Origin: Myxococcota bacterium
Lineage (GTDB): Bacteria; Myxococcota_A; UBA9042; PHBI01; JAWLBL01
Assembly (NCBI GenBank): GCA_041687695.1
Contig: JAWLBL010000006.1
Location: 160,001-224,000, forward strand
Length of the DNA stretch: 64,000 nucleotides
Direction of reading: 5' to 3'
The translations under genes and the position numbers were made by a program. Shown piece by piece: positions 46,877 to 59,621 of this stretch; position 1 is the first letter of the stretch; each line of letters opens with the position of its first letter. The notes below the pieces were generated by a model. The model saw only the letters and a list, made by a program, of their open reading frames with translations, made no database searches and had not been told where the DNA came from.

Positions 46877-48583
46877 TCAGAGCTCCTTTTTGGCCATGTC
46901 GTAGTACTTCTTGGCGATGGCCTCGGGCACGCGCGCGGTCAGCTTGAGCGTCGCGCCATCGCGGGTCAGCTCGACGCCGTCGAAGACCTTCTCGGCGTCG
47001 GCCTTCTGATCGCCCTCGAGCTGATCGAGGCCCGAGCGGCCCATCATCTTCACCAGGGCCCAGCCGCTCTCGAGCTCCTCGGCCCGCTTCTCCTCGGTCG
47101 CGATGAACGCGACGCGGAGCACGATGTCGCCCGAGACGTCGAGGCTGAAGGCCATCCGGTCGCCGGCCTTGACGCGGTCGCCGACCATCGCCATCTGCGG
47201 GCCGCCCATCTTCAGCATGGCCTCGCTCAGCGTGACCGCGCCCCACATCGCCTTGCCGCCCGAGGCCGCCTTCAGCGCCGCGGTCAGGCCTTCGTTGTCC
47301 ATGACGCTGGCGCCGCCCTCGCGGACCGCCATCGCCGACTTCGCGGCCTCCTCGCCCGAGGTGAACAGGACCGCGTCGCCGACGACCGCCGCCAGCTCAC
47401 GCTCCTTCTTGCCGTACCAGGTCGCGCCGGCGATGTCGTGCTTGCGGCTGTCGTCCTTGCGGCCGATCTGCTCGAACATCACGGCGCCGACCTTCTCGGC
47501 GTCGAACTTGCCGCCGAGCGCCGCGATGACCTGCGGGCCCTTGTCGGTCATCTTCGCGCCGACGCTGAGCGCCTCGAGGGACGAGACCTCGATCTTGGCC
47601 TCCTCGAGCAGCTTGGCGACGGCCTTGTTGTCCTCGAGCGCCTGGGCCACCAACTTGTCGTCGTAGAGCCAGCTCGACCGCAGCGCGTCACCGTCGGCGC
47701 CGAAGACCACGTCGACGTCCTTGGGCAGGTTCTGCTTGGCCGAGGCGCCCGCCGCGCCCGACATCGCGCCGCCGCCGCCGAGCATCAGGTAGGCCGCCAC
47801 CGCGCCGCCGATGAGCAGCACCGCGATCACCGCGACGAGGAGGCCCTTGTTGCCGCCGCTCTTGGCCGGCTGACGTCCGGGCCCACCGGCGGCCGCGCCG
47901 CCACCCTGGCCCCCACCCTGCGTATACTTGTCCATCCAGTCGTCCTCCCTCCCCACGCCGGACGCCGGAGGCGTGGCGGGCTTGCTGCTCGGGCCATCGA
48001 ACCGGTCGCCGAACATCGCCGACGGATCGATGGCCGCGGTCTTCTCGACCTCGGGGCTGGCGACCGGGTCGATCCCCAGCCCCAGCTTCGAAGGGTCCAT
48101 GGCCAGGGTCTTCTCGGGCTCCGGCTCGGCCGCGGGCTGCGGACGCGCCGGAGCAGGCCCGGCGTCGAGGCCGAGCCGCGAGGGATCGATGGCCAGCGTC
48201 TTCTCGGGCTCCGGCTCGGGGGCCGGCGGGCGCTGCTGGGCAGGCGCCGGGACCAGGCCGGCCGCCATCGCGGCGCCGCCCCCAGGGCGCGACGGCCGGG
48301 GGGCGCCGCCGCCGATGCCGGGCATCCCGATGACGGTCGAGGCGCGCTTGGGCGCGGTCATGCGCGGCGCCGCAGGCTCCTCGGGCGGCTGCGCGGCCGG
48401 GCTGGCTCCCCCGCCACCCTCGAAGTCGAACTTGCTGATGTCGAAGGCGACCGTGCGTTGATCCGCCTCGATGAGGTTGGGCTCGTCCTGCGAAGGGGCC
48501 GCTCCACGCTGGGGCACGGCACCGCAGAACGGGCAGAAGGTGGCGGTGTCGGCGTAGTCGCGGGCACAAGAATGACATTTCAT
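46877..48583 (-). CDS. Zinc-ribbon protein with low-complexity linker, single TM and large extracytoplasmic domain
   Basis: MKCHSC...FCPFCG; TM LLVAVIAVLLIGGAVAAYLML; GAGG RBS. Confidence 0.8.
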   Translation of the reverse strand: MKCHSCARDYADTATFCPFCGAVPQRGAAPSQDEPNLIEADQRTVAFDISKFDFEGGGGASPAAQPPEEPAAPRMTAPKRASTVIGMPGIGGGAPRPSRPGGGAAMAAGLVPAPAQQRPPAPEPEPEKTLAIDPSRLGLDAGPAPARPQPAAEPEPEKTLAMDPSKLGLGIDPVASPEVEKTAAIDPSAMFGDRFDGPSSKPATPPASGVGREDDWMDKYTQGGGQGGGAAAGGPGRQPAKSGGNKGLLVAVIAVLLIGGAVAAYLMLGGGGAMSGAAGASAKQNLPKDVDVVFGADGDALRSSWLYDDKLVAQALEDNKAVAKLLEEAKIEVSSLEALSVGAKMTDKGPQVIAALGGKFDAEKVGAVMFEQIGRKDDSRKHDIAGATWYGKKERELAAVVGDAVLFTSGEEAAKSAMAVREGGASVMDNEGLTAALKAASGGKAMWGAVTLSEAMLKMGGPQMAMVGDRVKAGDRMAFSLDVSGDIVLRVAFIATEEKRAEELESGWALVKMMGRSGLDQLEGDQKADAEKVFDGVELTRDGATLKLTARVPEAIAKKYYDMAKKEL

Positions 48584-48894
48584 TGGGGTTTCCTCAGCGG
48601 AGCCTGCGTGCGTGCGCCCTTTTACCAGCGGAGCGCGACGGCGACAACTGCCCGTGAGGCATTCGAAATGCCCGGCGGGCGGCCGGCGAGGCGCGCCCTC
48701 ACCGTCGGGTGCGGGGGCGCGGCTCGGGTCGCCTGGTCGCGAGGGGGCGATGGCACGCGGCGGACCCGGGCGCCGACGCACCGGCCACGGCCGGCGAGCA
48801 CCGAGGCGGGCGGGGTCGGGGCGCGTGGGTCGCCGAGGAGGTGCGAGCGCCGGGCCCGACGCGCGGGTCCGCGGCGCGGCGAGTCACTTCGGGC

Positions 48895-49173
48895 TCACTC
48901 CTCGTTGACGCGGTCCCGGAGATCCTTGCCGACCTTGAAGAAGGGCAGGCGCTTGGACGGGACGGGGACCGACTCGCCGGTCTTCGGGTTGCGGCCCGTG
49001 TACGACTCGTAGTCGCGCGTGGTGAAGCTGCCGAAGCCGCGGATCTCGACGCGCTCTCCGCGCTTCATCGCGTCGAAGATGGACTCGAAGACGGCGTTGA
49101 CGGCCGCCTCCGCCTGCTTCTTCGGCAGGTTGTGGCGCCTCGCCAGAACCTCGACGAGCTCGGAACGGTTCAT
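48895..49173 (-). CDS. ihfB: Integration host factor beta subunit (HU/IHF family)
   Basis: MNRSEL, GERVEIRGFGSF, GRNPKTGE, PFFKVGKDLRDRVN. Confidence 0.85.
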   Translation of the reverse strand: MNRSELVEVLARRHNLPKKQAEAAVNAVFESIFDAMKRGERVEIRGFGSFTTRDYESYTGRNPKTGESVPVPSKRLPFFKVGKDLRDRVNEE

Positions 49174-49250
49174 CTGATCATCCCCCCAATCGCCGCGACC
49201 TGGACATGGGGCCCCCTGGACGATGCGCGCGTCCCGCCCAACGCGGGACG

Positions 49251-49326
49251 TGCCCCCGACAGGAATCGAACCTGTGACTCACAGGGATTAGGAATCCCCG
49301 GCTCTATCCAACTGAGCTACGGGGGC
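49251..49326 (-). tRNA. tRNA-Arg (anticodon CCU), CCA not encoded
   Basis: GCCCCCG/CGGGGGC acceptor stem, GCTC-AGTTGGATA-GAGC D arm, GGGGA-TTCCTAA-TCCCT anticodon arm, ACAGG-TTCGATT-CCTGT T arm. Confidence 0.93.
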
Positions 49327-49418
49327 TTTTCTCATTGAAGGACGCGGCGGGTTCTAGCAGAGCGCGCCGGGGCCGGTCAAGGGCCCAAACGCTCATGTCC
49401 AAGCGCACTTGCGCCATG

Positions 49419-49447
49419 TTGACACGCCCAGAACGGGTGCCCACTAT
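49419..49447 (+). promoter_or_regulatory. Sigma-70-type promoter for metG
   Basis: TTGACA-17 nt-CACTAT. Confidence 0.6.
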
Positions 49448-49471
49448 AGGCGCCCTCCCGGAGGTGCCGTC

Positions 49472-51415
<1,944 letters not shown>

Positions 51416-51433
51416 CGCGCCCCCGGCGGGCCC

Positions 51434-51964
51434 TCAGCCCGTGACGTGCAGCAGGCTCTGGATCTCGACCCCGTCGGGCAGCCTGGCGCGTCCGCTCAGG
51501 AAGTCGAGCTCGATGACGAAGGCGAAGCCGGCGAGATCGGCGCCCTGCGCGCGGACCATGCCGGCCACGGCCGCGGCCGTGCCGCCCGTCGCCAGCACGT
51601 CGTCGACGACCAGGGCCCGGTCGCCGGCGCCCAGGCTGTCCTCGTGCATCTCGAGGCGGTCCTGCCCGTACTCGAGGTCGTAGCTGACGCCGATGGTCGC
51701 GCGTGGCAGCTTGCCGGGCTTGCGCACCAGCACCAGGCCGACCCCCAGCGCGTAGGCGACGGCCGCGCCGAAGATGAAGCCGCGCGACTCGATGCCCACG
51801 ACGCGCGTGATGCCGCGGCCGCGCCAGGCGTCGGCCACCGCGTCGACCACCTCGCGCAGGCCCTCGGCGTCCGAGAGGACGGGCGTGATGTCCTTGAACA
51901 CGATGCCCGGCTTGGGGAAGTCGGGGACGTCGACGATGAGGCGGCGCAGGGTGCCGTCGGCCAT
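51434..51964 (-). CDS. apt: Adenine phosphoribosyltransferase
   Basis: [42 protein letters not shown]. Confidence 0.96.
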   Translation of the reverse strand: MADGTLRRLIVDVPDFPKPGIVFKDITPVLSDAEGLREVVDAVADAWRGRGITRVVGIESRGFIFGAAVAYALGVGLVLVRKPGKLPRATIGVSYDLEYGQDRLEMHEDSLGAGDRALVVDDVLATGGTAAAVAGMVRAQGADLAGFAFVIELDFLSGRARLPDGVEIQSLLHVTG

Positions 51965-51965
51965 G

Positions 51966-52757
51966 TCAGGGCTCCTCGGAGTTCCAGGGCTCGAGCGCCT
52001 CGAGCGCGCGATAGTGGGTGGTGTCCAGGGCGAGCGGGGTCATCGAGACGTAGCCGCTCATGACGGCCTGGCAGTCGGTGCCCGCGATGTTCTCCATGCG
52101 CGGCATCGACCCGCCGATCCAGATGTAGGGCTGACCGCGCGGGTCCTCTCGGACGATGATCTCGTCGGAGTACGAGCGCTGGCCGAGGCGCGTGACGTGC
52201 AGGCCGCGCAGGCCGGGGACGCCGGCCCACGAGACGCCCGCCTCGACGTCCTCGTCGCGCGGCGTCGGGATGTTCACGTTCAGCACCGTCCCCGGCGGGA
52301 CGCCCCGGTCGCGCACCCCCTCGAGGATGCGCGTGACGGCGGGGGCGATGGCCTCGAACGGGTAGCCGGGGCCGACCATGGACAGGGCGACCGCGGGGAT
52401 GCCCTTGACCAGCCCCTCGCGCGCGGCGCCCACCGTGCCCGAGTAGTACACGTCCCAGCCCAGGTTCGGCCCGCGGTTGATGCCCGACAGGACCAGATCG
52501 GGGCGTGCCTCGGCGCACAGGTGCCCCAGCGCGAACAGGACGCAGTCGACGGGCGTGCCGCTGATGGACCAGGTGGCCTCGCCGTGCTGCTCGGACCGCA
52601 GCAGGGTGTGCAGGGTGAGGCCGTGGCCCACGCCGCTCTTCTCGCTGGCCGGCGCGACGACGAGCACCTCGTCGAAGACCTGGCGCGCGCACTCGGCCAG
52701 CACGCCGATGCCGGGCGAGAGCAGGCCGTCGTCGTTCGTCACCAGGACGCGCGTCAC
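51966..52757 (-). CDS. surE: 5'/3'-nucleotidase SurE
   Basis: [36 protein letters not shown] start overlapping the upstream stop. Confidence 0.95.
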   Translation of the reverse strand: MTRVLVTNDDGLLSPGIGVLAECARQVFDEVLVVAPASEKSGVGHGLTLHTLLRSEQHGEATWSISGTPVDCVLFALGHLCAEARPDLVLSGINRGPNLGWDVYYSGTVGAAREGLVKGIPAVALSMVGPGYPFEAIAPAVTRILEGVRDRGVPPGTVLNVNIPTPRDEDVEAGVSWAGVPGLRGLHVTRLGQRSYSDEIIVREDPRGQPYIWIGGSMPRMENIAGTDCQAVMSGYVSMTPLALDTTHYRALEALEPWNSEEP

Positions 52758-53110
52758 GGGGCCGTCTCGTCCTCGGTCGTCGTCGGCGCGGCGCCCGGGA
52801 AGACACAGGTCCAGTCCGGGCCACACTGCAGCGGCAGGCCACGCTCGTCGCGGACGTAGGCGCAGGCGACCGTCTGGCTGCACGGCTCGCCCTCGAGCGA
52901 GGTCCCCGTGCACACCGGGAAGGGCGCGCCCTGCACGTCGTCGCAGAGGAAGCCGGCGCCCATGGCGCAGTCCTCGTCGAAGTAGCACGGGTAGCCGGGC
53001 CCGCCGCCCTTGGACGGGAACTCGAAGTCCTCGGTGCAGGCGGCGAGGGCGCCGGCCACGAGCAGCCCCATCAGTCCACGAATCGCCAGTCGGTGCGCGC
53101 GCTTCAGCAT
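52754..53110 (-). CDS. Small Cys-rich lipoprotein
   Basis: LAAC lipobox; PCYFDEDC...C...C...C pattern. Confidence 0.72.
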   Translation of the reverse strand: MLKRAHRLAIRGLMGLLVAGALAACTEDFEFPSKGGGPGYPCYFDEDCAMGAGFLCDDVQGAPFPVCTGTSLEGEPCSQTVACAYVRDERGLPLQCGPDWTCVFPGAAPTTTEDETAP

Positions 53111-53265
53111 GGGCCGGACGGTACCCGCGGGCCCTGGGGACCGCAAGCCGCAGGTTGGGGGTCTGAAGTCACCAGGGCGCGTCGCGCAGGTGGGACGCCG
53201 GCCGCGCGTTCGCCGTGCGCGCGGGCCCTCGCCGGCTGGCACGCCGCCTGCACTGCGGCGCGGGC

Positions 53266-53766
53266 ATGGACACGCTACCGCCGACCCTCTCGCGCCACCG
53301 GGCGTGGCTGCACAAGCACGCTCGCATGGTCGCCGAACCCTACGCCGATCTCCTGGACCCCGACGACCTCGAGGCGCTGGTCGACCTGGGCATGGTGCAG
53401 GCCTTTCGCGCCTTCGATCGGCGCCGGGGCGTCGCCTTCCCGCGCTACGCCCGCCGGTACGTCGAGGGCCTGGTCCGCGACGCCGCCGGCCGCGAGATCG
53501 CCCATCGCCGCCTGCTACGGGCCGCCAGCGCCGAGCCGCCGCCGCCGCCTCGCCCCCACGCCGGCTACGCGCGCGTGCTCAGCCACCGGCTGCTGGCGCA
53601 GCTGCCCGAGGCCCAGGCCACGCTGTACCTGCGCCACGTGGCTGGCGGCGAGAGCCTGGCCGAGATCGCGCGCGACGCCGGCCACCACCGCGCCTGGGCC
53701 ACGCGCCTGTTCGCCGCCGCCGACGACCGCCTGAGGCGCGTCGTAGGGCGCGCCGGGATCAGTTGA
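53266..53766 (+). CDS. Compact, diverged sigma-70-family factor (regions 2 and 4 only)
   Basis: DDL...GMVQAFRAFDRRRGVAFPRYA...EGLVRD (region 2); LAQLPE...GESLAEIARDAG...W.TRL...A..RLR (region 4 HTH). Confidence 0.75.
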   Translation: MDTLPPTLSRHRAWLHKHARMVAEPYADLLDPDDLEALVDLGMVQAFRAFDRRRGVAFPRYARRYVEGLVRDAAGREIAHRRLLRAASAEPPPPPRPHAGYARVLSHRLLAQLPEAQATLYLRHVAGGESLAEIARDAGHHRAWATRLFAAADDRLRRVVGRAGIS

Positions 53767-53805
53767 GCGGCGCGTCGCGGGGCGCGCCGGGATCAGTTGA
53801 GCGGC
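53746..53805. repeat. 26-bp direct repeat at a convergent gene junction
   Basis: GGGCGCGCCGGGATCAGTTGAGCGGC at 53746-53771 and 53780-53805. Confidence 0.9.
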
Positions 53806-56075
53806 ACGACGCAGGCGGGCGTGGCCGTGTTGAGGTTGCCCGACAGGCCCTTCATGCCCTTGTTGCCGTTGGCGTCGCCGCCGATGCCGCCCAGGCCGCC
53901 GGTCCCCAGCGGCTGGAAGCTCACGTTCGAGCACAGCGGGTCGCTGCTGCCGGCCACGTACAAGCCGAAGGCCACCCCGCCGGCCCCGCCGCCGCCGTGG
54001 CCGCCGGCCCCGCCGTTGCCCCCGGCGCCGCCCGGGCCCCCCGCGCCGCCCTGGGGGCCGCAGTCGAAGCTCGAGCCCTTCTGGGTGGTGCCGCCCGGGC
54101 CGCCCGTCTTGCCCAGGCCACCGGCGCCGCCCATGCCGCCCGGCCCGCCCATGCCGCCCGTCTTGTGGCTCAGGCTCAGGTCCTTGAGCACGGGCTTGCC
54201 GTCCATGATGAAGACGGCGATCGACGCGCCGCCGGCTCCGCCGCCCTTGCCGGGGGTGCCGCCGCAGCCTGCGCCGCCACCGCCGCCGCCGCCCGCGCCC
54301 CACGACGCGCAGAAGATCCCGCCGCTGTTGCCGCCGCCCGAGCCGCCGCCGCCGCCGCCGTGGCCGTCCTTGCCGGCCGTGCCGGGCTCGCCGGCCTCTC
54401 CGATCCACAGCCCGTCGGCGTTGACGCTCCCACCCGCGCCGCCGCCCGCGCCATGGACACCCGCCGCGCCCGAGGCGCCGTCCGAGCCCTTGCTGCCCGC
54501 GCTGCCCCCCGCCGTGCCGTCGGGCGAGGGCGACCCCGCCTTGCCCGAGTCGCTCCCGCACGCCCCGTCGGCGCCCTTGCCGCCGTTGCCCACCCCGGAG
54601 CTGCAGGTCGACGCGCCGATGGCGCCGCCCTTGCCGCCGTAGGTGTTGAACTCGTTGCAGTTGCAGTCACAGGTGATGACGGACCCGCCCGGCTGCCCGA
54701 CCGCGCCGTCGTCGCCCTTGCCCCCGTGCCCGCCGCCGAGCCCGGCGCCGCCGTTGCCGGCCGTCACGTTCAGGCGGTTGAGCACCATGGCCTGCGTGAC
54801 CTTGCGCAGCCACACGCCATAGCTGGAGCCGCCGGGGTTCGGGTTGTTGCCGGCCTTGACGGTCAGGCCGCTGAGCACCGTCGGCTTGGTCAGCCCGTTG
54901 GCCATCACGACGCGGATGTGGCCGCTGTCGTCGACGGCGTCGTTGGTCACGATGGTCTCGTGCAGCGACAGGTTCCGCACCCACTGGCCGTCGCTCGAGT
55001 AGCCGCCGTAGATCGACACGCCGTCGACCAGCGCGATCTGGCCGGCGTAGGTCCCGGCCGCGACGTAGACGTGGTCCTTGCCGCCCTGCGTGGCCTTCTG
55101 GATGCCCTTGGTGATGGTGCGGACCGGGGCGGCGCGCGTGCCGGCGGCGTTGTCCTGGCCGCCGGGGGCCACGAAGATGGCCCGCTCGACCTCGCCGTCG
55201 ACCCCGTCGCAGTCCTCGTCGAGGCCGGCGTCGTCGGGCAGGTCCAGCTCGGACGTGACCGTGCAGGCGTACTCGCAGCCGTCGTCGGCCTCGCCGTTCA
55301 GATCGACCCACCCCGCCTCGCACCCGGCGAGCTTGCACTTGCCGCCCTGGCAACCGGGCACGCCGTTGTCGAACGCGCACGCGTGGCCGCACGTGCCGCA
55401 GTGCTCCGGGTCGTTCATCAGGTCGACGTCGGGGCCGCACAGGCACGAGCCGTTGTCCGGGACGCACTGCTTGCTCGTCGCGCCCCCCTGGCCGTCGTCG
55501 ACGTCGACGCAGCTGAAGTCGGCCGGGCACACGTTCGGGTCGGCCGCGCACGACCGCCCACAGTAGTTGCCCCCGTCGAGCGGCAGGCAGAGGTCGCCCG
55601 GCACCTCGCAGTCCGAGTGCTGAAAGCAGGGTTGGCACAGGTTGTCGATGACGGGGATGCACAGGAAGATCGGGTCGCCCCCACCCGCGATCGACTTGCA
55701 GCTCCAGCCCTCGGGGCAGCTGTCGATGCAGGTCTTCGTGCAGCGCTGGGCCACCACCTCGTCGTCGACGGCGATGCAGTAGCCCGACTCGCACTGCACG
55801 TTGAACTCGCACGGGCACAGAAAGCCCAGCGGCTCCTCGTCGCAGGCCGTCGGCGTCGGCCCGCCGTCACCGCTCACCTCCGCGTCGTCCGCGGGGGCCA
55901 GGTCGCCCGTGCTCAGGTCGACCAGCGGGATCTCCAGGATCGGGGGGAGGTCGTCGAGGACGTCCGCCGTCTTGCCGTCCTCGTCCGTGGCCAGGGGCTC
56001 GTCGCCGCAGGCGTGGAGGCCGGCCGCGGCGAGCCAGAGGACCAGGGCCGAAGCGGTGCGGGTCGGGGTGCGCAT
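53793..56075 (-). CDS. Large lipoprotein: Cys-rich repeats, DUF1565/beta-helix-like domain, Gly-rich tail
   Basis: LHAC lipobox; DPEHCGTCGHAC, DLNG..DDGCE, DEDCDGVDG, FVAPGG.D...GT..APVRTI, YVAAGTY, GG.GG repeats. Confidence 0.82.
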   Translation of the reverse strand: MRTPTRTASALVLWLAAAGLHACGDEPLATDEDGKTADVLDDLPPILEIPLVDLSTGDLAPADDAEVSGDGGPTPTACDEEPLGFLCPCEFNVQCESGYCIAVDDEVVAQRCTKTCIDSCPEGWSCKSIAGGGDPIFLCIPVIDNLCQPCFQHSDCEVPGDLCLPLDGGNYCGRSCAADPNVCPADFSCVDVDDGQGGATSKQCVPDNGSCLCGPDVDLMNDPEHCGTCGHACAFDNGVPGCQGGKCKLAGCEAGWVDLNGEADDGCEYACTVTSELDLPDDAGLDEDCDGVDGEVERAIFVAPGGQDNAAGTRAAPVRTITKGIQKATQGGKDHVYVAAGTYAGQIALVDGVSIYGGYSSDGQWVRNLSLHETIVTNDAVDDSGHIRVVMANGLTKPTVLSGLTVKAGNNPNPGGSSYGVWLRKVTQAMVLNRLNVTAGNGGAGLGGGHGGKGDDGAVGQPGGSVITCDCNCNEFNTYGGKGGAIGASTCSSGVGNGGKGADGACGSDSGKAGSPSPDGTAGGSAGSKGSDGASGAAGVHGAGGGAGGSVNADGLWIGEAGEPGTAGKDGHGGGGGGSGGGNSGGIFCASWGAGGGGGGGAGCGGTPGKGGGAGGASIAVFIMDGKPVLKDLSLSHKTGGMGGPGGMGGAGGLGKTGGPGGTTQKGSSFDCGPQGGAGGPGGAGGNGGAGGHGGGGAGGVAFGLYVAGSSDPLCSNVSFQPLGTGGLGGIGGDANGNKGMKGLSGNLNTATPACVVPLN

Positions 56076-56221
56076 GCCGAGCAAGCTACTGCAGACGCGC
56101 GGGGCGCGGCAAACGAACACGTGCCCCGGCGCGACCCCGCTTGGGGACCGCCACGCCGGCCTGCCCCCCGGGCGACGCACGAAGCGAGACATTTGCCGTC
56201 GGCGGCGGTATCACTCCGCCA

Positions 56222-57001
56222 ATGACCAGCACGCCGACCACCCACTCCGGCCCGCCCCTGGTGGCCATCAGCCCCAACACGCTGCCGCCCCAGGATCGGC
56301 GCTTCTACAAGAACAAGCCGCTCGAGTACGGCGAGGCGACCCTGGCGTACGCCGTGCGGCTCGCGGGTGGCCTGCCGATGATGGCCTACCGCGCCGGCGC
56401 GCGCACGCCCGAGGAGCTGGCCGACGGGGCCCTGCGCGTGATGCAGCGCTGCCAGGGGCTGGTCCTCAGCGGCGGCCAGGACATCTCGCCCGAGATGTAC
56501 GGCGAGCGCCTGGCCAACGAGGCCTGGCGCGGCGACGTCGACCGCGATCGCTGGGAGCTGGCCCTGTACCGGGCGTCCATCGACCTGGGGCGGCCGGTCC
56601 TGGGCGTCTGCCGGGGCGCGCAGCTCATCAACGTCGCCGAGGGCGGCTCGCTCTACCAGGATCTGCCGACGATGCGCGACGGCGCCTCGGTGCACCGCTG
56701 CCAGGAGCGCTACGACACGCTCTCGCACGACGTCCACATCGAGCCGGACACCGAGCTGCACGGCATCTTCGGCGACGAGGCGCACCACGTGAACTCGGTG
56801 CACCACCAGGGTCTCAAGGACATCGCCATGGGCCTGCGCGTCGTGGGGTCGGCCGACGACGGCGTCATCGAGGCCTTCGAGCGCATGGGCCCGCTGTGGG
56901 TCGTCGGCGTGCAGTGGCACCCCGAGTGGATGCTCGACCGCGAGAGCCAGCGCCGCCTGTTCCAGCGCTTCGTCGAGGTCTGCCGCCCGGTGCCGGCCTG
57001 A
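56222..57001 (+). CDS. Gamma-glutamyl-gamma-aminobutyrate hydrolase family (peptidase C26, PuuD-like)
   Basis: LSGGQD, RD.WE, LGVCRGAQ, VNSVHHQ, GVQWHPE. Confidence 0.92.
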   Translation: MTSTPTTHSGPPLVAISPNTLPPQDRRFYKNKPLEYGEATLAYAVRLAGGLPMMAYRAGARTPEELADGALRVMQRCQGLVLSGGQDISPEMYGERLANEAWRGDVDRDRWELALYRASIDLGRPVLGVCRGAQLINVAEGGSLYQDLPTMRDGASVHRCQERYDTLSHDVHIEPDTELHGIFGDEAHHVNSVHHQGLKDIAMGLRVVGSADDGVIEAFERMGPLWVVGVQWHPEWMLDRESQRRLFQRFVEVCRPVPA

Positions 57002-57888
57002 TGCGGGTCGCCGGGCTGCTCGCCCTCGCGCTGGCGCTGTCGGCGCCGGCCTGCGAGTCGACCCCGCCGCCCGAGGCCGCGCTCGCCTCCCAGCCCCTGC
57101 CGCCGGGCGACGCGCTGCCGCCCCGCGTCGCGTCCATGCTCTACGGCAGCACCGACGCGTGCCGGCTCGACGCCGAGTGCCCGTCGACCCTGTGCAACTT
57201 CGGCACCTGCGTGGGTGTCCTGGTGATCGACCAGCGCTGGATGCAGGAGCAGGCGACCCAGGCCGTCGTCGCGGCCGTCGAGCGGCAACCCGAGCTGCGC
57301 GAGCGGGTCGTCGCGGCGCTGGTGTCCGGGCTGCGCCGTCAGTCGGGCGACACGGCCTTCCAGGCCCGGGCCCTGCTGCCGCTCGAGGCGCTGGGGGCCA
57401 CCGACGCGCTGGCCCAGGCGCTGACCCTGGCCGACGAGCGCCTGCAGGCCGCCGCGGCCCTGGGCCTGACCCGGCTGGGCGACCCGCGCGGCCTGCCGAT
57501 GGCCGCGGCCCTCACCGAGAGCGCCCAGCCCGCCCTGGCGGCCGAGGCCATCTGGTCGCTGGGGCGCTCCCGGCAGCCCGACGCCCTGGCTCCGCTGCTG
57601 CGCTACCTGCACCCCGAGACCGACCGCACCCTGCTGCGCGCGACGCTGTCCGCCCTGGGCGAGCTGGGCGATCGGCGCGCCGTCCGCCCGCTGGTGGCCT
57701 TCCTCGACGAGGCGCCCGAGTCCCTGCAGGTCCGCGTCGCCACCTCGCTGCGCCTGCTGACGGACGCGCCGCTGGGCCGCGATCCCGAGGCCTGGCGCGC
57801 CTGGGTCGACCAGAACGCGCCGCCGGCGCCCCCCGCCTACGAGGTCCGCGTCCCCGAGCCCGATGGCGACTTCCTGCCGCCGCCCTGA
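57001..57888 (+). CDS. Lipoprotein with small Cys module and HEAT-like repeats
   Basis: Signal ending PAC; CRLDAECPSTLC..G.C; AAALGL.RLGDPR, ALGELGDRRAV; TGATG overlap. Confidence 0.78.
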   Translation: MRVAGLLALALALSAPACESTPPPEAALASQPLPPGDALPPRVASMLYGSTDACRLDAECPSTLCNFGTCVGVLVIDQRWMQEQATQAVVAAVERQPELRERVVAALVSGLRRQSGDTAFQARALLPLEALGATDALAQALTLADERLQAAAALGLTRLGDPRGLPMAAALTESAQPALAAEAIWSLGRSRQPDALAPLLRYLHPETDRTLLRATLSALGELGDRRAVRPLVAFLDEAPESLQVRVATSLRLLTDAPLGRDPEAWRAWVDQNAPPAPPAYEVRVPEPDGDFLPPP

Positions 57889-58026
57889 GCCCGCGCGCCC
57901 GTCCCTTGGGACCTACACGGATCTGACGGGCCGTCGCATGGGGACCCGGCCGGCTTGCATTGTCGCGCGCGGACCGACTAATCATGACGTCGGGGGCCGG
58001 TCCGACACGCGACACGAGGGCAGCCT

Positions 58027-59010
<984 letters not shown>

Positions 59011-59113
59011 GGGCCGGGGCCGACGGGCGCAGGAGCCGCTGCGCGACGCGCGTTTGAATAAGTGGACACCCCGGGGCGTAGGAGCCATTCGTTCCCCCCG
59101 CCCCGGAGAGCCC

Positions 59114-59614
59114 ATGCGCTTGTCCACCGTCCTCGTCGCCCTCGGCCTGACCTGCGCGCCCGCGGCCGCCCTCGCCGACACCGGCCTGTACCTGGGCGTC
59201 GGCCCGCGCTTTTCGAGCGCGGGCGCCGACACGACCGGCGTCCTGCGCGTCGTGATGGGCCTCGAGCCGATGCTGCACCTGGCGCTCGACGGCTACGGCT
59301 ACCTGACCGGACCGGGCACGACCGACGGCACCCCGCTCGCCGGCGGCGGGGCGACGCTCTTGTTCCGACCGCCCATCCCGGGCCCGTTCACCGCCGAGCT
59401 GGGCCTGGGGGTCGGTCTCGCGAACTTCACGCCCGACCGCCACGGCGTCGACGACCTCCGCGCCTACTGGAACGGCGAGGCCGCGGTGGGCTTCGGCCTC
59501 GGGCCGCTCGAGAGCCGCCTCGTCTACCAGCGCGTCCTGGGCGCGCCCGACGGCGTCCGCGTGGGCGGGTCGCTGACGAGCCAGCTGATGTTCATGGTGG
59601 GCGTCGAGCTCTGA
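59114..59614 (+). CDS. Small outer-membrane beta-barrel-like protein
   Basis: Signal peptide ALA-D; alternating Gly/hydrophobic strands; terminal strand FMVGVEL. Confidence 0.65.
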   Translation: MRLSTVLVALGLTCAPAAALADTGLYLGVGPRFSSAGADTTGVLRVVMGLEPMLHLALDGYGYLTGPGTTDGTPLAGGGATLLFRPPIPGPFTAELGLGVGLANFTPDRHGVDDLRAYWNGEAAVGFGLGPLESRLVYQRVLGAPDGVRVGGSLTSQLMFMVGVEL

Positions 59615-59621
59615 GGACCGA

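Noticed and set aside
49174..49330. Integrative element at the tRNA 3' end
   Set aside because: No integrase, no duplicated tRNA 3' end seen, and flanking genes are housekeeping.
53793..54760. Mycobacterial PE-PGRS gene or horizontal transfer
   Set aside because: No PE domain; the Gly-rich tail is part of a Cys-rich lipoprotein with host-like codon usage.
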